A stretch of 47,078 nucleotides of DNA from Parcubacteria group bacterium GW2011_GWD2_43_10 (GCA_000995845.1 LCEZ01000003.1:1-47078); one strand, 5' to 3'; shown: positions 1 through 7,466, numbered from the stretch's first letter. Made by a program: numbers and translations. Notes: a model not told the origin generated them from the letters alone.

Positions 1-2
1 AA

Positions 3-188
3 ATTGTTGAAGGAACTGAGTTGAAGGCCTCAAAGGAAACACTTGGCTTTATACTTAAATCTATATCAGATCTATATTCTTCACCAATGGTAAACATAAA
101 GAATAATAGGGACGGAGAAAAGGAAAGTAGCATAGCTATAGCATCTCAGGTCCAAAATATTATTAAGGATGGAATGAATAAATCTTGA
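3..188 (+). CDS. 3' end of a gene running off the window edge (62 codons, unknown function)
   Basis: Frame is open from the window edge to TGA at 186-188 (...IASQVQNIIKDGMNKS*). No recognisable motif. Confidence 0.3.
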   Translation: MVEGTELKASKETLGFILKSISDLYSSPMVNIKNNRDGEKESSIAIASQVQNIIKDGMNKS

Positions 189-250
189 GAAAAATTTCAG
201 AAATTTCGAGAAATGGAATAGTAGAGTTACCCAACTAGAGTATTAATGGT

Positions 251-270
251 TACGTAACAGGCTACGTAAC
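251..270. repeat. TACGTAAC octamer pair, 12-bp phasing
   Basis: TACGTAAC at 251-258 and 263-270, embedded in GGTTACGTAACAGGCTACGTAACC. Confidence 0.8.
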
Positions 271-325
271 CTCGGCGTCTGGGTTTCCACATTAATCTTG
301 CTCTAATGAGGACTAATAATAAATT

Positions 326-826
326 ATGACATGGTTATACGTATTAGTAATAGTAATCGGAGTGCTGGTGGTGGCTGTTAAGATTTTTGATTTGCCGATT
401 GGGCAGGATAAGAAGAAATCAACTTACCGCTATCAGCGGAAGGAGTTTTTTATGAGTCGGCCTGAACATCTATTTTTTGATGTTTTGGTATCAATAGTAG
501 GGGATAGGTATTATGTTTTTTCGCAAGTGCATTTATCAACGATTTTAGATAATAAAGTCAAAGGCCAGAATTGGCGTGGCGCGTTTCGGCATATTGACGA
601 AAAGTCGGTTGATTTTGTGATATGCGATAAGGCTTATATCAAGCCTTTGCTCGCCATTGAGCTTGACGATAGCAGTCATGAACGAGCTGGCAGGCAAGAT
701 AGAGATGCTGAGGTTGAGCGGATTTTTAAAGAAGTCGGCTTGCCGCTGCTGCGCCTTGCCAACCAAAATCAATACAATAAGGACGAAATTAGGAATCAGA
801 TTTTTCAAGCCTTAAATATTACGTAA
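326..826 (+). CDS. DUF2726-family protein (PD-(D/E)xK nuclease-like fold) with N-terminal TM helix
   Basis: N-terminal hydrophobic helix. Motif HIDEKSVDFVICDK...LLAIELDDSSH...RDAEVERIFKEVGLPLLRL matches my memory of the DUF2726 core. Confidence 0.7.
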   Translation: MTWLYVLVIVIGVLVVAVKIFDLPIGQDKKKSTYRYQRKEFFMSRPEHLFFDVLVSIVGDRYYVFSQVHLSTILDNKVKGQNWRGAFRHIDEKSVDFVICDKAYIKPLLAIELDDSSHERAGRQDRDAEVERIFKEVGLPLLRLANQNQYNKDEIRNQIFQALNIT

Positions 827-863
827 CTTATTACGTAACAGCTTACGTACCTGGCTCCAATTC
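820..863. repeat. TACGTAAC octamer triplet (12-bp phasing) fused to a CTGGCTCCAATTC core
   Basis: TACGTAAC at 820 and 832, TACGTACC at 844, then CTGGCTCCAATTC at 851-863. The first octamer contains the stop codon of the DUF2726 gene. Confidence 0.8.
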
Positions 864-927
864 ACCCGAATTCATCCCTTTTCACCACTTTCCTATTTGC
901 CTAAATAGGAAAATACTCTACTTTCAC

Positions 928-957
928 CTGGCTCTAATTCGCGCGAATAGGCGAATA
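928..957. repeat. Palindrome-core repeat, short form, copy 1
   Basis: CTGGCTCTAATTCGCGCGAATAGGCGAATA. Contains the perfect 12-bp palindrome ATTCGCGCGAAT. Confidence 0.9.
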
Positions 958-982
958 TAACAAATGTGATTATAAATATCTT

Positions 983-1363
983 ATGACAAACATAGCAATT
1001 CCATCGATAAAAATAATATTATATTTTCAAGGAGAAGTATTATTGTTAAGCGCTGAGGGCAGCTGGGATTTGCCAGGTGGAAGAATGGAATATGGAGAAC
1101 ATATTTTTGATTGCTTACATCGAGAACTAAAGGAGGAGCTTGGTGTTGATGTTCAATTCAAGACAGAGCCTAAAGTAGTCCGAGTATACGACTATACACC
1201 GAGGGCTGATGGCGTTCATCGTTTATACGTTGTTTATGCTTATAATTTGGATGAGAAGATTCAGGTTAAATCTGAACAGGTACAATGGTTGAATGCCGAT
1301 ATGGTGCGGGAACTAAAGCATGATGAAAATTGGAAACAGATGATTTTAAATTTTATTAGTTAG
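983..1363 (+). CDS. NUDIX hydrolase
   Basis: Nudix box GGRMEYGEHIFDCLHRELKEELGV (GX5EX7REUXEEXGU). Confidence 0.85.
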   Translation: MTNIAIPSIKIILYFQGEVLLLSAEGSWDLPGGRMEYGEHIFDCLHRELKEELGVDVQFKTEPKVVRVYDYTPRADGVHRLYVVYAYNLDEKIQVKSEQVQWLNADMVRELKHDENWKQMILNFIS

Positions 1364-1364
1364 G

Positions 1365-1396
1365 TACGTAACTAATTATGTACCTGGCTTTAATTC
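1365..1396. repeat. TACGTAAC octamer pair (12-bp phasing) fused to a CTGGCTTTAATTC core
   Basis: TACGTAAC at 1365, TATGTACC at 1377, CTGGCTTTAATTC at 1384-1396. Same order as the 820-863 module. Confidence 0.8.
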
Positions 1397-1417
1397 ACCC
1401 ATCTGCACTAATTTCAA

Positions 1418-1447
1418 CTGGCTCTAATTCGCGCGAATAGGCGAATA
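1418..1447. repeat. Palindrome-core repeat, short form, copy 2
   Basis: 30/30 identical to copy 1. The upstream TTTCA is also shared. Confidence 0.9.
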
Positions 1448-1463
1448 GTGCTAAGCTAGCTTT

Positions 1464-1724
1464 ATGAAGGATATTGAGAAAATATTAAAGGCCTTAGCCA
1501 ACCGCCGCCGTTTGGCCATAATAAAATACCTCAATTCCCGCCATGAAGCGGCGGTGGGTGATATTGCCACCGCCATCAAACTGTCGTTGAAGGCAACATC
1601 TAAACATTTAGTAATCTTGCATAATGTGGATATATTAGAACGGGAGCAGCGCAGTCTTCTGATGTATTATCGGTTAGCTGATTCTCTGCCTAAGCTTGCC
1701 CGTTCAATTATTCACTATCTCTAA
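1464..1724 (+). CDS. ArsR/SmtB-family winged-helix transcriptional regulator
   Basis: LKALANRRRLAIIKYL...VGDIATAIKLSLKATSKHLVILHNVDILEREQR is typical ArsR HTH. The stop codon lies inside repeat copy 3. Confidence 0.8.
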   Translation: MKDIEKILKALANRRRLAIIKYLNSRHEAAVGDIATAIKLSLKATSKHLVILHNVDILEREQRSLLMYYRLADSLPKLARSIIHYL

Positions 1725-1744
1725 TTCGCGCGAATAGGCGAATA
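1715..1744. repeat. Palindrome-core repeat, short form, copy 3
   Basis: CTATCTCTAATTCGCGCGAATAGGCGAATA (28/30). Supplies the TAA stop of the ArsR gene. Confidence 0.9.
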
Positions 1745-1763
1745 GTAATAATCGAGTCATTAT

Positions 1764-2249
1764 ATGTCTTATACTAAAAAGTTAATGCCCATACTGGCCA
1801 TTGCAGTGGCAGCCGGCTTCCTGACCGATTATATCGGCCTGTTTAATTTTGGCTGGATGTTCATAGCAGCCCCGGCGGCGGCGGGCGTGCTTTTGGCGAT
1901 AGTTCAGAATGAGACTTCAAGTTATAGATTTTTGGATAAATTAGTCATTGGTTCGTTTGTATATAGTTTTATCTTCGCCGGTTTGGCTGTGGTCCATATG
2001 TACTTTTCGTCGGTTGATTGGTACCTGGCACACCCAAAATTATCCTTTGGCATGAGCTTTAATTTTTTGGATCATCTCTGGTTAGCACTAGCCTTATCTT
2101 TCATCGCTTTTATGGGCGGCCTAGTGGGCATAGTAGGCAAGGGTTTTTATATTTTGCATTCTGCCAAGTCCGCCTCTGCATCTAATTCCTCCCTGCGGGA
2201 GGTAAACGCGCACCTGTCTCTCGTAGGGAGAAATAGGCGAATGGTATGA
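1764..2249 (+). CDS. Multi-pass membrane protein, unknown function. The last ~24 codons are encoded by repeat copy 4.
   Basis: Four or more hydrophobic segments. The C-terminal tail SNSSLREVNAHLSLVGRNRRMV is read through the repeat. Confidence 0.55.
   Translation: MSYTKKLMPILAIAVAAGFLTDYIGLFNFGWMFIAAPAAAGVLLAIVQNETSSYRFLDKLVIGSFVYSFIFAGLAVVHMYFSSVDWYLAHPKLSFGMSFNFLDHLWLALALSFIAFMGGLVGIVGKGFYILHSAKSASASNSSLREVNAHLSLVGRNRRMV
2176..2242. repeat. Palindrome-core repeat, long form, copy 4
   Basis: CTGCATCTAATTC-[ctccctgcgggaggtaaac]-GCGC-[acctgtctctcgtagggag]-AAATAGGCGAAT. Confidence 0.85.
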
Positions 2250-2268
2250 TGTTTGCTAAGGTTAAACT

Positions 2269-2529
2269 ATGGTAGATTGGAAAGCTTGGTTTAAAAAAGT
2301 ATTTTATAAGGATTCTCCAGCTATTAAGGTAGCGGGGGTGTTGCTAATTATAATTGGCTTTGCCGCGCTTATTACCCCTTTTAGCCCAGGTTCGTGGCTG
2401 ATATTCATTGGCTTAGGATTTTGGGGCGTGCGTTTGGCATTTTGGGAACGCCTTAAAGTAATGTTGAAAGATAAATACAATTCTTGGAAGAATAGAAAAT
2501 CATCTGGCTCTAATTCCTCCCTACGGTAG
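2269..2529 (+). CDS. Small two-TM membrane protein. C-terminus and stop are encoded by repeat copy 5.
   Basis: Hydrophobic core VAGVLLIIIGFAALITPFSPGSWLIFIGLGFWGV. The tail SGSNSSLR* lies inside the repeat. Confidence 0.5.
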   Translation: MVDWKAWFKKVFYKDSPAIKVAGVLLIIIGFAALITPFSPGSWLIFIGLGFWGVRLAFWERLKVMLKDKYNSWKNRKSSGSNSSLR

Positions 2530-2571
2530 GTAAACGCGCGGTTGTCTCTCGTAGGGAGGAATAGGCGAATA
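2504..2571. repeat. Palindrome-core repeat, long form, copy 5
   Basis: CTGGCTCTAATTC-[ctccctacggtaggtaaac]-GCGCG-[gttgtctctcgtagggagg]-AATAGGCGAATA. Confidence 0.9.
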
Positions 2572-2579
2572 ATATAAAT

Positions 2580-3071
2580 ATGGTAATTAAAGCCAAGATA
2601 ATATGGGGCGGGAAAGAACATAGTATTGAGTACCATGACGCCGATTCATTTTTAGAATTACCCGCAGATAAGATCACACAGGCCTATGGGGTTTGTTTTG
2701 TTGATGACAAAATTGTAATTGGTTTACGCGGAGCTAAACAAACCTGGGGTATTATTGGCGGTACGGTAGAGCCAGGCGAAACACCTGAACAAACATTGAT
2801 TCGCGAGGTACAAGAGGAATCAAATATGCGTGTACTTAAATATCTACCTTTGGGATATCAAATAGTTACCAGGCCTGATGGCTCTATAAACTACCAACTG
2901 CGTTATTGCTGTATGGTTCAACCAATTGGAAATTTTGTTAGTGATCCGGCTGGTAGTATTGTGGAAATTAAGTTAGTAAATCCAGCTGACTACAAAGAAT
3001 ATTTTGATTGGGGTGAAGTTGGTGATCGTATAATAGCGCGAGCCTTGGAACTCAAACTAAAGATTATCTAG
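2580..3071 (+). CDS. NUDIX hydrolase (second, divergent paralog)
   Basis: Nudix box GGTVEPGETPEQTLIREVQEESNM. Confidence 0.85.
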   Translation: MVIKAKIIWGGKEHSIEYHDADSFLELPADKITQAYGVCFVDDKIVIGLRGAKQTWGIIGGTVEPGETPEQTLIREVQEESNMRVLKYLPLGYQIVTRPDGSINYQLRYCCMVQPIGNFVSDPAGSIVEIKLVNPADYKEYFDWGEVGDRIIARALELKLKII

Positions 3072-3080
3072 TTCTAAATT

Positions 3081-3314
3081 ATGCCAATCAATAAAGCTTG
3101 GCACTTGGAGCACAAGATGCCAAAAAATCCGACTGAAGCTGAGTGCCTACGCTGGCACCTGAGCCACGTTAAGCACTGCACCTGTTGGCCATTGCCGAAA
3201 TCTTTAACTAGCAAAATTAAAAAATGCAGTCGTGGGCATTATTATCTTAGTTCTGGTCCGTGCCCCAAGTGCTGGCCTGGTTACAAAAAGCACAAAACTC
3301 CCAAAAAGAGGTAG
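3081..3314 (+). CDS. Small Cys/His-rich basic protein (putative zinc-binding)
   Basis: HLSHVKHCTCWP and CSRGHYY...CPKCWPG motifs, lysine-rich tail. Confidence 0.5.
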   Translation: MPINKAWHLEHKMPKNPTEAECLRWHLSHVKHCTCWPLPKSLTSKIKKCSRGHYYLSSGPCPKCWPGYKKHKTPKKR

Positions 3315-3323
3315 AATGTAGCT

Positions 3324-4229
3324 ATGTCTAATATTACTCGTATAAGTATTTATCAGTTTACTTATTTAGCCGGTCTGACTTTATTGCTGGTGGTTTTTGT
3401 GTTAATTTCCAACCTTTCTATTGTTGGCTCGCAGAATTGCTCATTCAAGTGGCAAAAAAGTAGAGTAGCAGCTGACCCGTTGGATGCTACTTATTATTTT
3501 GAAGGTAATCCAGTAACGCTAATTAATGGTCTGGCGCAAGAGTCAGTAGCTGGGGCGAGTGTTTTAATAACTCGCGTCTGGAGTGAACCAGCCATGGGGG
3601 ATTTAAACGCTGACAGCCGCAATGATTATGCATTTATTATTACTCAAGAGGCCGGCGGCAGCGGCAGTTTCTTTTATATAGCGGCGGCCCTTGGCTATGG
3701 CAATGGTTATATTGGCACTAATGCGGTTTTGCTTGGTGACCGCATTACCCCGCAAAATATTTCTGTTTCCCAGAGGCAGATTTTAGTTAACTACGCCGAG
3801 CGTTTGCCCGATGAACCTATGACGGCGAAGCCATCAGTGGGCCGTTCCGCTTATTTGAGCGTATCTGGTTCGCGGCTGTTACTCACTGGACCAAAATTAA
3901 ACGATAAGATTCAAGTAACTGAGCCGTTGCCAAATGCACTTGTATCCAGTCCTTTGATGGTGAGTGGGCAAGCTCGGGGCACTTGGTATTTTGAAGCCAG
4001 TTTTCCAGTCAGCCTCCTAGAGGCTAATGGTAATAATATAGCAACTGATCCGCCCTACATTATGACTGATAAGGAATGGATGACCACTGACTTTGTGCCG
4101 TTTGAGGCGATACTGACATTTACTCCGCCTGCCACCAAGACCGGGTGGCTGATCTTGAAAAAGGATAACCCCTCAGGTTTGCCCGCAAATGATGATTCAA
4201 TTTCTATACCAATACGCTTTGCTGAATAG
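3324..4229 (+). CDS. Membrane-anchored protein with C-terminal Gmad2 immunoglobulin-like domain
   Basis: N-terminal TM helix. The C-terminal segment IQVTEPLPNALVSSPLMVSGQARGTWYFEASFPVSL...FVPFEAILTF resembles Gmad2 Ig-like domains. Confidence 0.65.
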   Translation: MSNITRISIYQFTYLAGLTLLLVVFVLISNLSIVGSQNCSFKWQKSRVAADPLDATYYFEGNPVTLINGLAQESVAGASVLITRVWSEPAMGDLNADSRNDYAFIITQEAGGSGSFFYIAAALGYGNGYIGTNAVLLGDRITPQNISVSQRQILVNYAERLPDEPMTAKPSVGRSAYLSVSGSRLLLTGPKLNDKIQVTEPLPNALVSSPLMVSGQARGTWYFEASFPVSLLEANGNNIATDPPYIMTDKEWMTTDFVPFEAILTFTPPATKTGWLILKKDNPSGLPANDDSISIPIRFAE

Positions 4230-4240
4230 CAGATATTTAT

Positions 4241-4552
4241 ATGCAGAAACTTACACTGGCAAACTACCTTGAATATTTAAAAGATAACCCAAATAAGTAT
4301 TGGTTCAGGCGTAAACTTTACGGCTGGGGCTGGACACCAGCCACTTGGCAGGGCTGGCTGACCTTGTTAATTTTTATTTTGATTATTCCGCTTAATTTTT
4401 ACCGGATTGATTCGGTGTCGCACTCAGCTAGTGATACTTTGATTAATTTCATTCCCCAGACTCTCTTGCTGACAATATTGCTTTTAATAGTTTGTTTTAT
4501 TAAGGGTGAACCGCCGCGCTGGCAATGGGGAATACCTGACAAAAAAGATTAA
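4241..4552 (+). CDS. Small membrane protein, unknown function
   Basis: Two hydrophobic helices. Tight spacing within the same-strand gene run. Confidence 0.5.
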   Translation: MQKLTLANYLEYLKDNPNKYWFRRKLYGWGWTPATWQGWLTLLIFILIIPLNFYRIDSVSHSASDTLINFIPQTLLLTILLLIVCFIKGEPPRWQWGIPDKKD

Positions 4553-4579
4553 TCTAACTAATAATTAATTAAAACACTT

Positions 4580-5335
4580 ATGCCTTATTTCATAATTACA
4601 ATATTGTTCTTGTTGATGATTGCTTCCATAAAGCAGATTAATCAGTATGAGCGAGGTGTAAAATTTATGCTCGGTAAGTACCGCGGCATTATGAATCCAG
4701 GCTGGCGGATAGTGGTGCCAATATTCCAAAGTTACCAAAAAGTGGATATGAGGGTGAAAGCGGTGGACGTGCCGGATCAGGAAGCGATCACCAAAGATAA
4801 TATTTCAGTAAAAGTAAATGCGGTTATTTACTACAGAGCTCAGGAGGTTGATAGGGTAGTGCTGGAGGTAGAACATTTTATGTATGCCATTTCCCAGCTA
4901 GCCCAAACCACCATGCGCAATGTGGTTGGCGAAGTGGAATTGGATGAGTTGCTTTCCAATCGGGATAAAATCTCGGAGCGCATTCGCTCCATTGTTGATA
5001 ATCTAACCGACCCCTGGGGTGTGAAGGTTAATTCCGTGGATCTTAAAGATATTACCTTGCCTGAGGAAATGAAACGCGTTATTGGCAAGCAAGCGGAAGC
5101 GGAGCGGGAAAAGCGGTCGGTTATCATTAAAGCTGAGGGTGAAGTGATTGCGGCCGACAATATGGCCAAAGCCGCCGCTATTCTAGCCAGTTCCAATGGC
5201 GCCCTGCATTTACGGACACTGCAGTCTATTAATGATGTCAGTTCAGATCAATCTAACACTATTATTTTTGCCATACCATTGGAGGTTTTAAGGGCTTTTG
5301 AGAGGATTGGTATAAAAAAAGAAGGTAAGGTTTAG
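4580..5335 (+). CDS. SPFH/band-7 (stomatin/slipin-like) membrane protein
   Basis: N-terminal TM helix followed by ERGVKFMLGKY...QEAITKDNISVKVNAVIYYR...AEAEREKRSVIIKAEGE, typical of SPFH. Confidence 0.9.
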   Translation: MPYFIITILFLLMIASIKQINQYERGVKFMLGKYRGIMNPGWRIVVPIFQSYQKVDMRVKAVDVPDQEAITKDNISVKVNAVIYYRAQEVDRVVLEVEHFMYAISQLAQTTMRNVVGEVELDELLSNRDKISERIRSIVDNLTDPWGVKVNSVDLKDITLPEEMKRVIGKQAEAEREKRSVIIKAEGEVIAADNMAKAAAILASSNGALHLRTLQSINDVSSDQSNTIIFAIPLEVLRAFERIGIKKEGKV

Positions 5336-5351
5336 AATTAGGTTGAATTTT

Positions 5352-5387
5352 AAAGCGGCCTGATTTCTCAGGCCGCTTTTGTTGTTT
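5352..5387 (+). terminator. Rho-independent terminator
   Basis: AGCGGCCTGA-tttc-TCAGGCCGCT stem (10 bp) followed by TTTTGTTGTTT. Confidence 0.8.
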
Positions 5388-5469
5388 GACAAAGCCAGGT
5401 GGGGGGTGTAAGGTTTTTTCAAATAATCAAATAAAATAAATTAAAAATAAACAAAGTACGGAGGAAAAA

Positions 5470-6216
5470 ATGAATAAGTTCGCAATTCTGCTAACAGCAT
5501 TGCTATTAATAGCAGCTAGCGCTTGGGCGCAAACGAGCCTAATATTAGGCACACCTGACACCAGGATTGATCAGAAAAAGTATTTATCTGCTGTTAAAAC
5601 TTTCATGCAGTCTGATTCTAGTTTTGCTGTGGTTGACAGCATTATATGTGTCATGTCAGGATACGGCCCAGGCAATCCGCTGACTCAAATTAGGGGTTTG
5701 CAAAGTTCATTGCAAAAAAATAGTTACACAATTTATATGAATAGCACGCCAGCAGACATGATCCAAGATTGGCGCTGGGCTAATAGTAATATTGATCCCC
5801 GCATTCAGCCGCATCGTGGCTTAACCAAAGTGTCAAGGTATTGCCTGGTTATTAAGCAAGATAGCCTGCAATCAATTCTATGGTTGCAAGACTATTTAGC
5901 AGTGAATCCTTGGCGTTGGTCTCACTTGATCAACGGTGATTCAATCACAATCATTCAGTCACTATTAACTGAACTTAAGCGTAAAGATATTGCTCAAGTT
6001 AATATGGCTGATATTAAACCAGAGACATATGATTACATGATCAGCTTGGTAGGTGAGCCGATTGACTCTGCCAGCCAAGCACTTTTACGCGCACTAGCGA
6101 CAGATGGCTGGACTATGAAAATCAGTTACGGTAATTATGGCGGCATGGCAATAGAAAATATCTATTATCTCAAGCCGGATAAGCTTGCCAGCTTAATCCA
6201 AACTTTTTTGAAATAA
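5470..6216 (+). CDS. Secreted protein of unknown function
   Basis: Signal peptide MNKFAILLTALLLIAASAWAQT. AGGA motif upstream (ggaggaaaaaATG). Confidence 0.6.
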   Translation: MNKFAILLTALLLIAASAWAQTSLILGTPDTRIDQKKYLSAVKTFMQSDSSFAVVDSIICVMSGYGPGNPLTQIRGLQSSLQKNSYTIYMNSTPADMIQDWRWANSNIDPRIQPHRGLTKVSRYCLVIKQDSLQSILWLQDYLAVNPWRWSHLINGDSITIIQSLLTELKRKDIAQVNMADIKPETYDYMISLVGEPIDSASQALLRALATDGWTMKISYGNYGGMAIENIYYLKPDKLASLIQTFLK

Positions 6217-6229
6217 CATTGAATTATCA

Positions 6230-7159
6230 GTGGATTCACTGGAAAATATATTGCGACAATATGCTGAATTTGATACTTTTGACACCTTTGGTAATAATGT
6301 TTGTCGGGATATGGTGGCAGATGCTTTAACATCTAGCACGCGTATTACTTATTTTCCAGCCCTTGCCCTGATGGATTCAGTTGTGGCTATAGAATATAGT
6401 TTTGACCTGAAGTATTTAGGTTATAGTGGTGTATTAAATAAAATATTTTCATCTCCAAGTGTGTCAAGAATTAAAATTGATGATCCTTGGCCTTACATGG
6501 TTTATGGTGTAAAAAAAATATTGCCGAAATTAGAATCGTATCAAGTCAAAGATTTTTTGTTGGGCATTGCCGATATTGAATCACTTTTTGCCTATGACCT
6601 GAGTGAAGTTATAAAACGTATTTATATAACGACGGATCATATTCAAAATGCTGGTTATAATTCATCCGATACCGCCAGTGTATATGTTCATGAACTTACA
6701 TTAAGTAAAATTGATACTGTCGGTTTTCTGCCGGTAGACGCTCGGATAGTAGGCCGCCACGAAGCGATTCATGCTATAGCCGACAAACTTGGCCTTAATG
6801 ATAACGAGTTGTTGGGGCAATTGTTCTGGGAGTTACATTCCGAATTCAGAGCCAATATTATGGGTGGATCGGGTTATTTTTATGCTCAATTAGATGAGGA
6901 AAAGTTTGATCCTGATAGTGCTATTTTTGGCGGGCATAGCTTTGAGTCACCTAAAGAATTTTTAGCCAGCTATCTTAATTCCGTAGTCCATGAAAATTGG
7001 GAAGAAATCATGGCAAAAAAAAGCGAAGGCTTTAGTCAAACTTATACCCATGTTACTCAAGTTATGAGAAATATTTTTATTGGTCGGCCAGAATTAAAAA
7101 ATACAGCCATGGCAAGTCTACTAGAAGTTAGATTAGTTTGGTTCAAAGAAAATAAATAA
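6230..7159 (+). CDS. Unknown protein with a single HExxH motif (possible metallopeptidase-like)
   Basis: Long ORF with a GTG start 13 nt after the preceding stop. Contains GRHEAIHAI (HExxH). No other family signature recognised. Confidence 0.5.
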   Translation: MDSLENILRQYAEFDTFDTFGNNVCRDMVADALTSSTRITYFPALALMDSVVAIEYSFDLKYLGYSGVLNKIFSSPSVSRIKIDDPWPYMVYGVKKILPKLESYQVKDFLLGIADIESLFAYDLSEVIKRIYITTDHIQNAGYNSSDTASVYVHELTLSKIDTVGFLPVDARIVGRHEAIHAIADKLGLNDNELLGQLFWELHSEFRANIMGGSGYFYAQLDEEKFDPDSAIFGGHSFESPKEFLASYLNSVVHENWEEIMAKKSEGFSQTYTHVTQVMRNIFIGRPELKNTAMASLLEVRLVWFKENK

Positions 7160-7166
7160 AATTTAA

Positions 7167-7198
7167 GAGCGGTTTGAGGAACTCATGCCGCTTTTTTA
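7167..7198 (+). terminator. Rho-independent terminator
   Basis: AGCGG..TGAG-gaa-CTCA..CCGCT hairpin followed by a T6 run. Confidence 0.65.
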
Positions 7199-7466
7199 TT
7201 GTTCGCTAAAAAAGTTATGCACAGGCTAAAACAGATTTTCGGACGGCAAAATGATTTTTCAAGCGACGAATTGTTTTTTACAAGATGAAAAATTTTTCAG
7301 TGAATAAGAAATTTTTAGCTTATCTTAGCAGTTATTTGCACCTTTTGGTCAAAAAATTTTTTCCTTGACCATTTTCCTCAAAGCATTTGCTAATGTTAAA
7401 TGTTGTTATAGAATTAAGTTGAGGCAAATTTCTGGCCTCTTAGTTAATAATTGTAAATAATGGTTT

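Noticed and set aside
545-808. Antisense ORF inside the DUF2726 gene. Comparable shadow ORFs in the track include 2304-2636, 4840-5196, 7515-7957, 8302-9054, 9619-10209, 10482-10736, 12768-13103, 13260-13577, 16274-16477, 16979-17224, 25226-26245, 27190-27474, 31551-32102, 33796-34180, 35905-36171, 39268-39534, 44937-45248 and 46279-46512.
   Set aside because: Each lies wholly or largely within a longer opposite-strand or same-strand ORF that has clear family motifs. Their translations are low-complexity, and none has its own start context. They are typical shadow ORFs.
928-2571. Whether the five direct repeats could be a CRISPR array.
   Set aside because: The spacers are 200-460 bp and encode proteins. 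The repeats come in two lengths. No cas genes or leader are present.
928-2571. A canonical class-1-type integron attC assignment.
   Set aside because: I cannot find RYYYAAC/GTTRRRY R-boxes at the element ends. The short copies (30 bp) are below the normal attC size. No intI is in the window. It is kept only as an architectural analogy in the findings.
7199-7466. Promoter or operator calls in the AT-rich spacer upstream of the AdoMetDC-like gene (TGGTCAA-n12-TTGACCA at 7346-7371).
   Set aside because: The TTGACC -35-like hexamer has no acceptable -10 at 16-18 nt; the nearest, TAATGT, is 20 nt away. The inverted repeat is only noted within finding text, not annotated as a feature.
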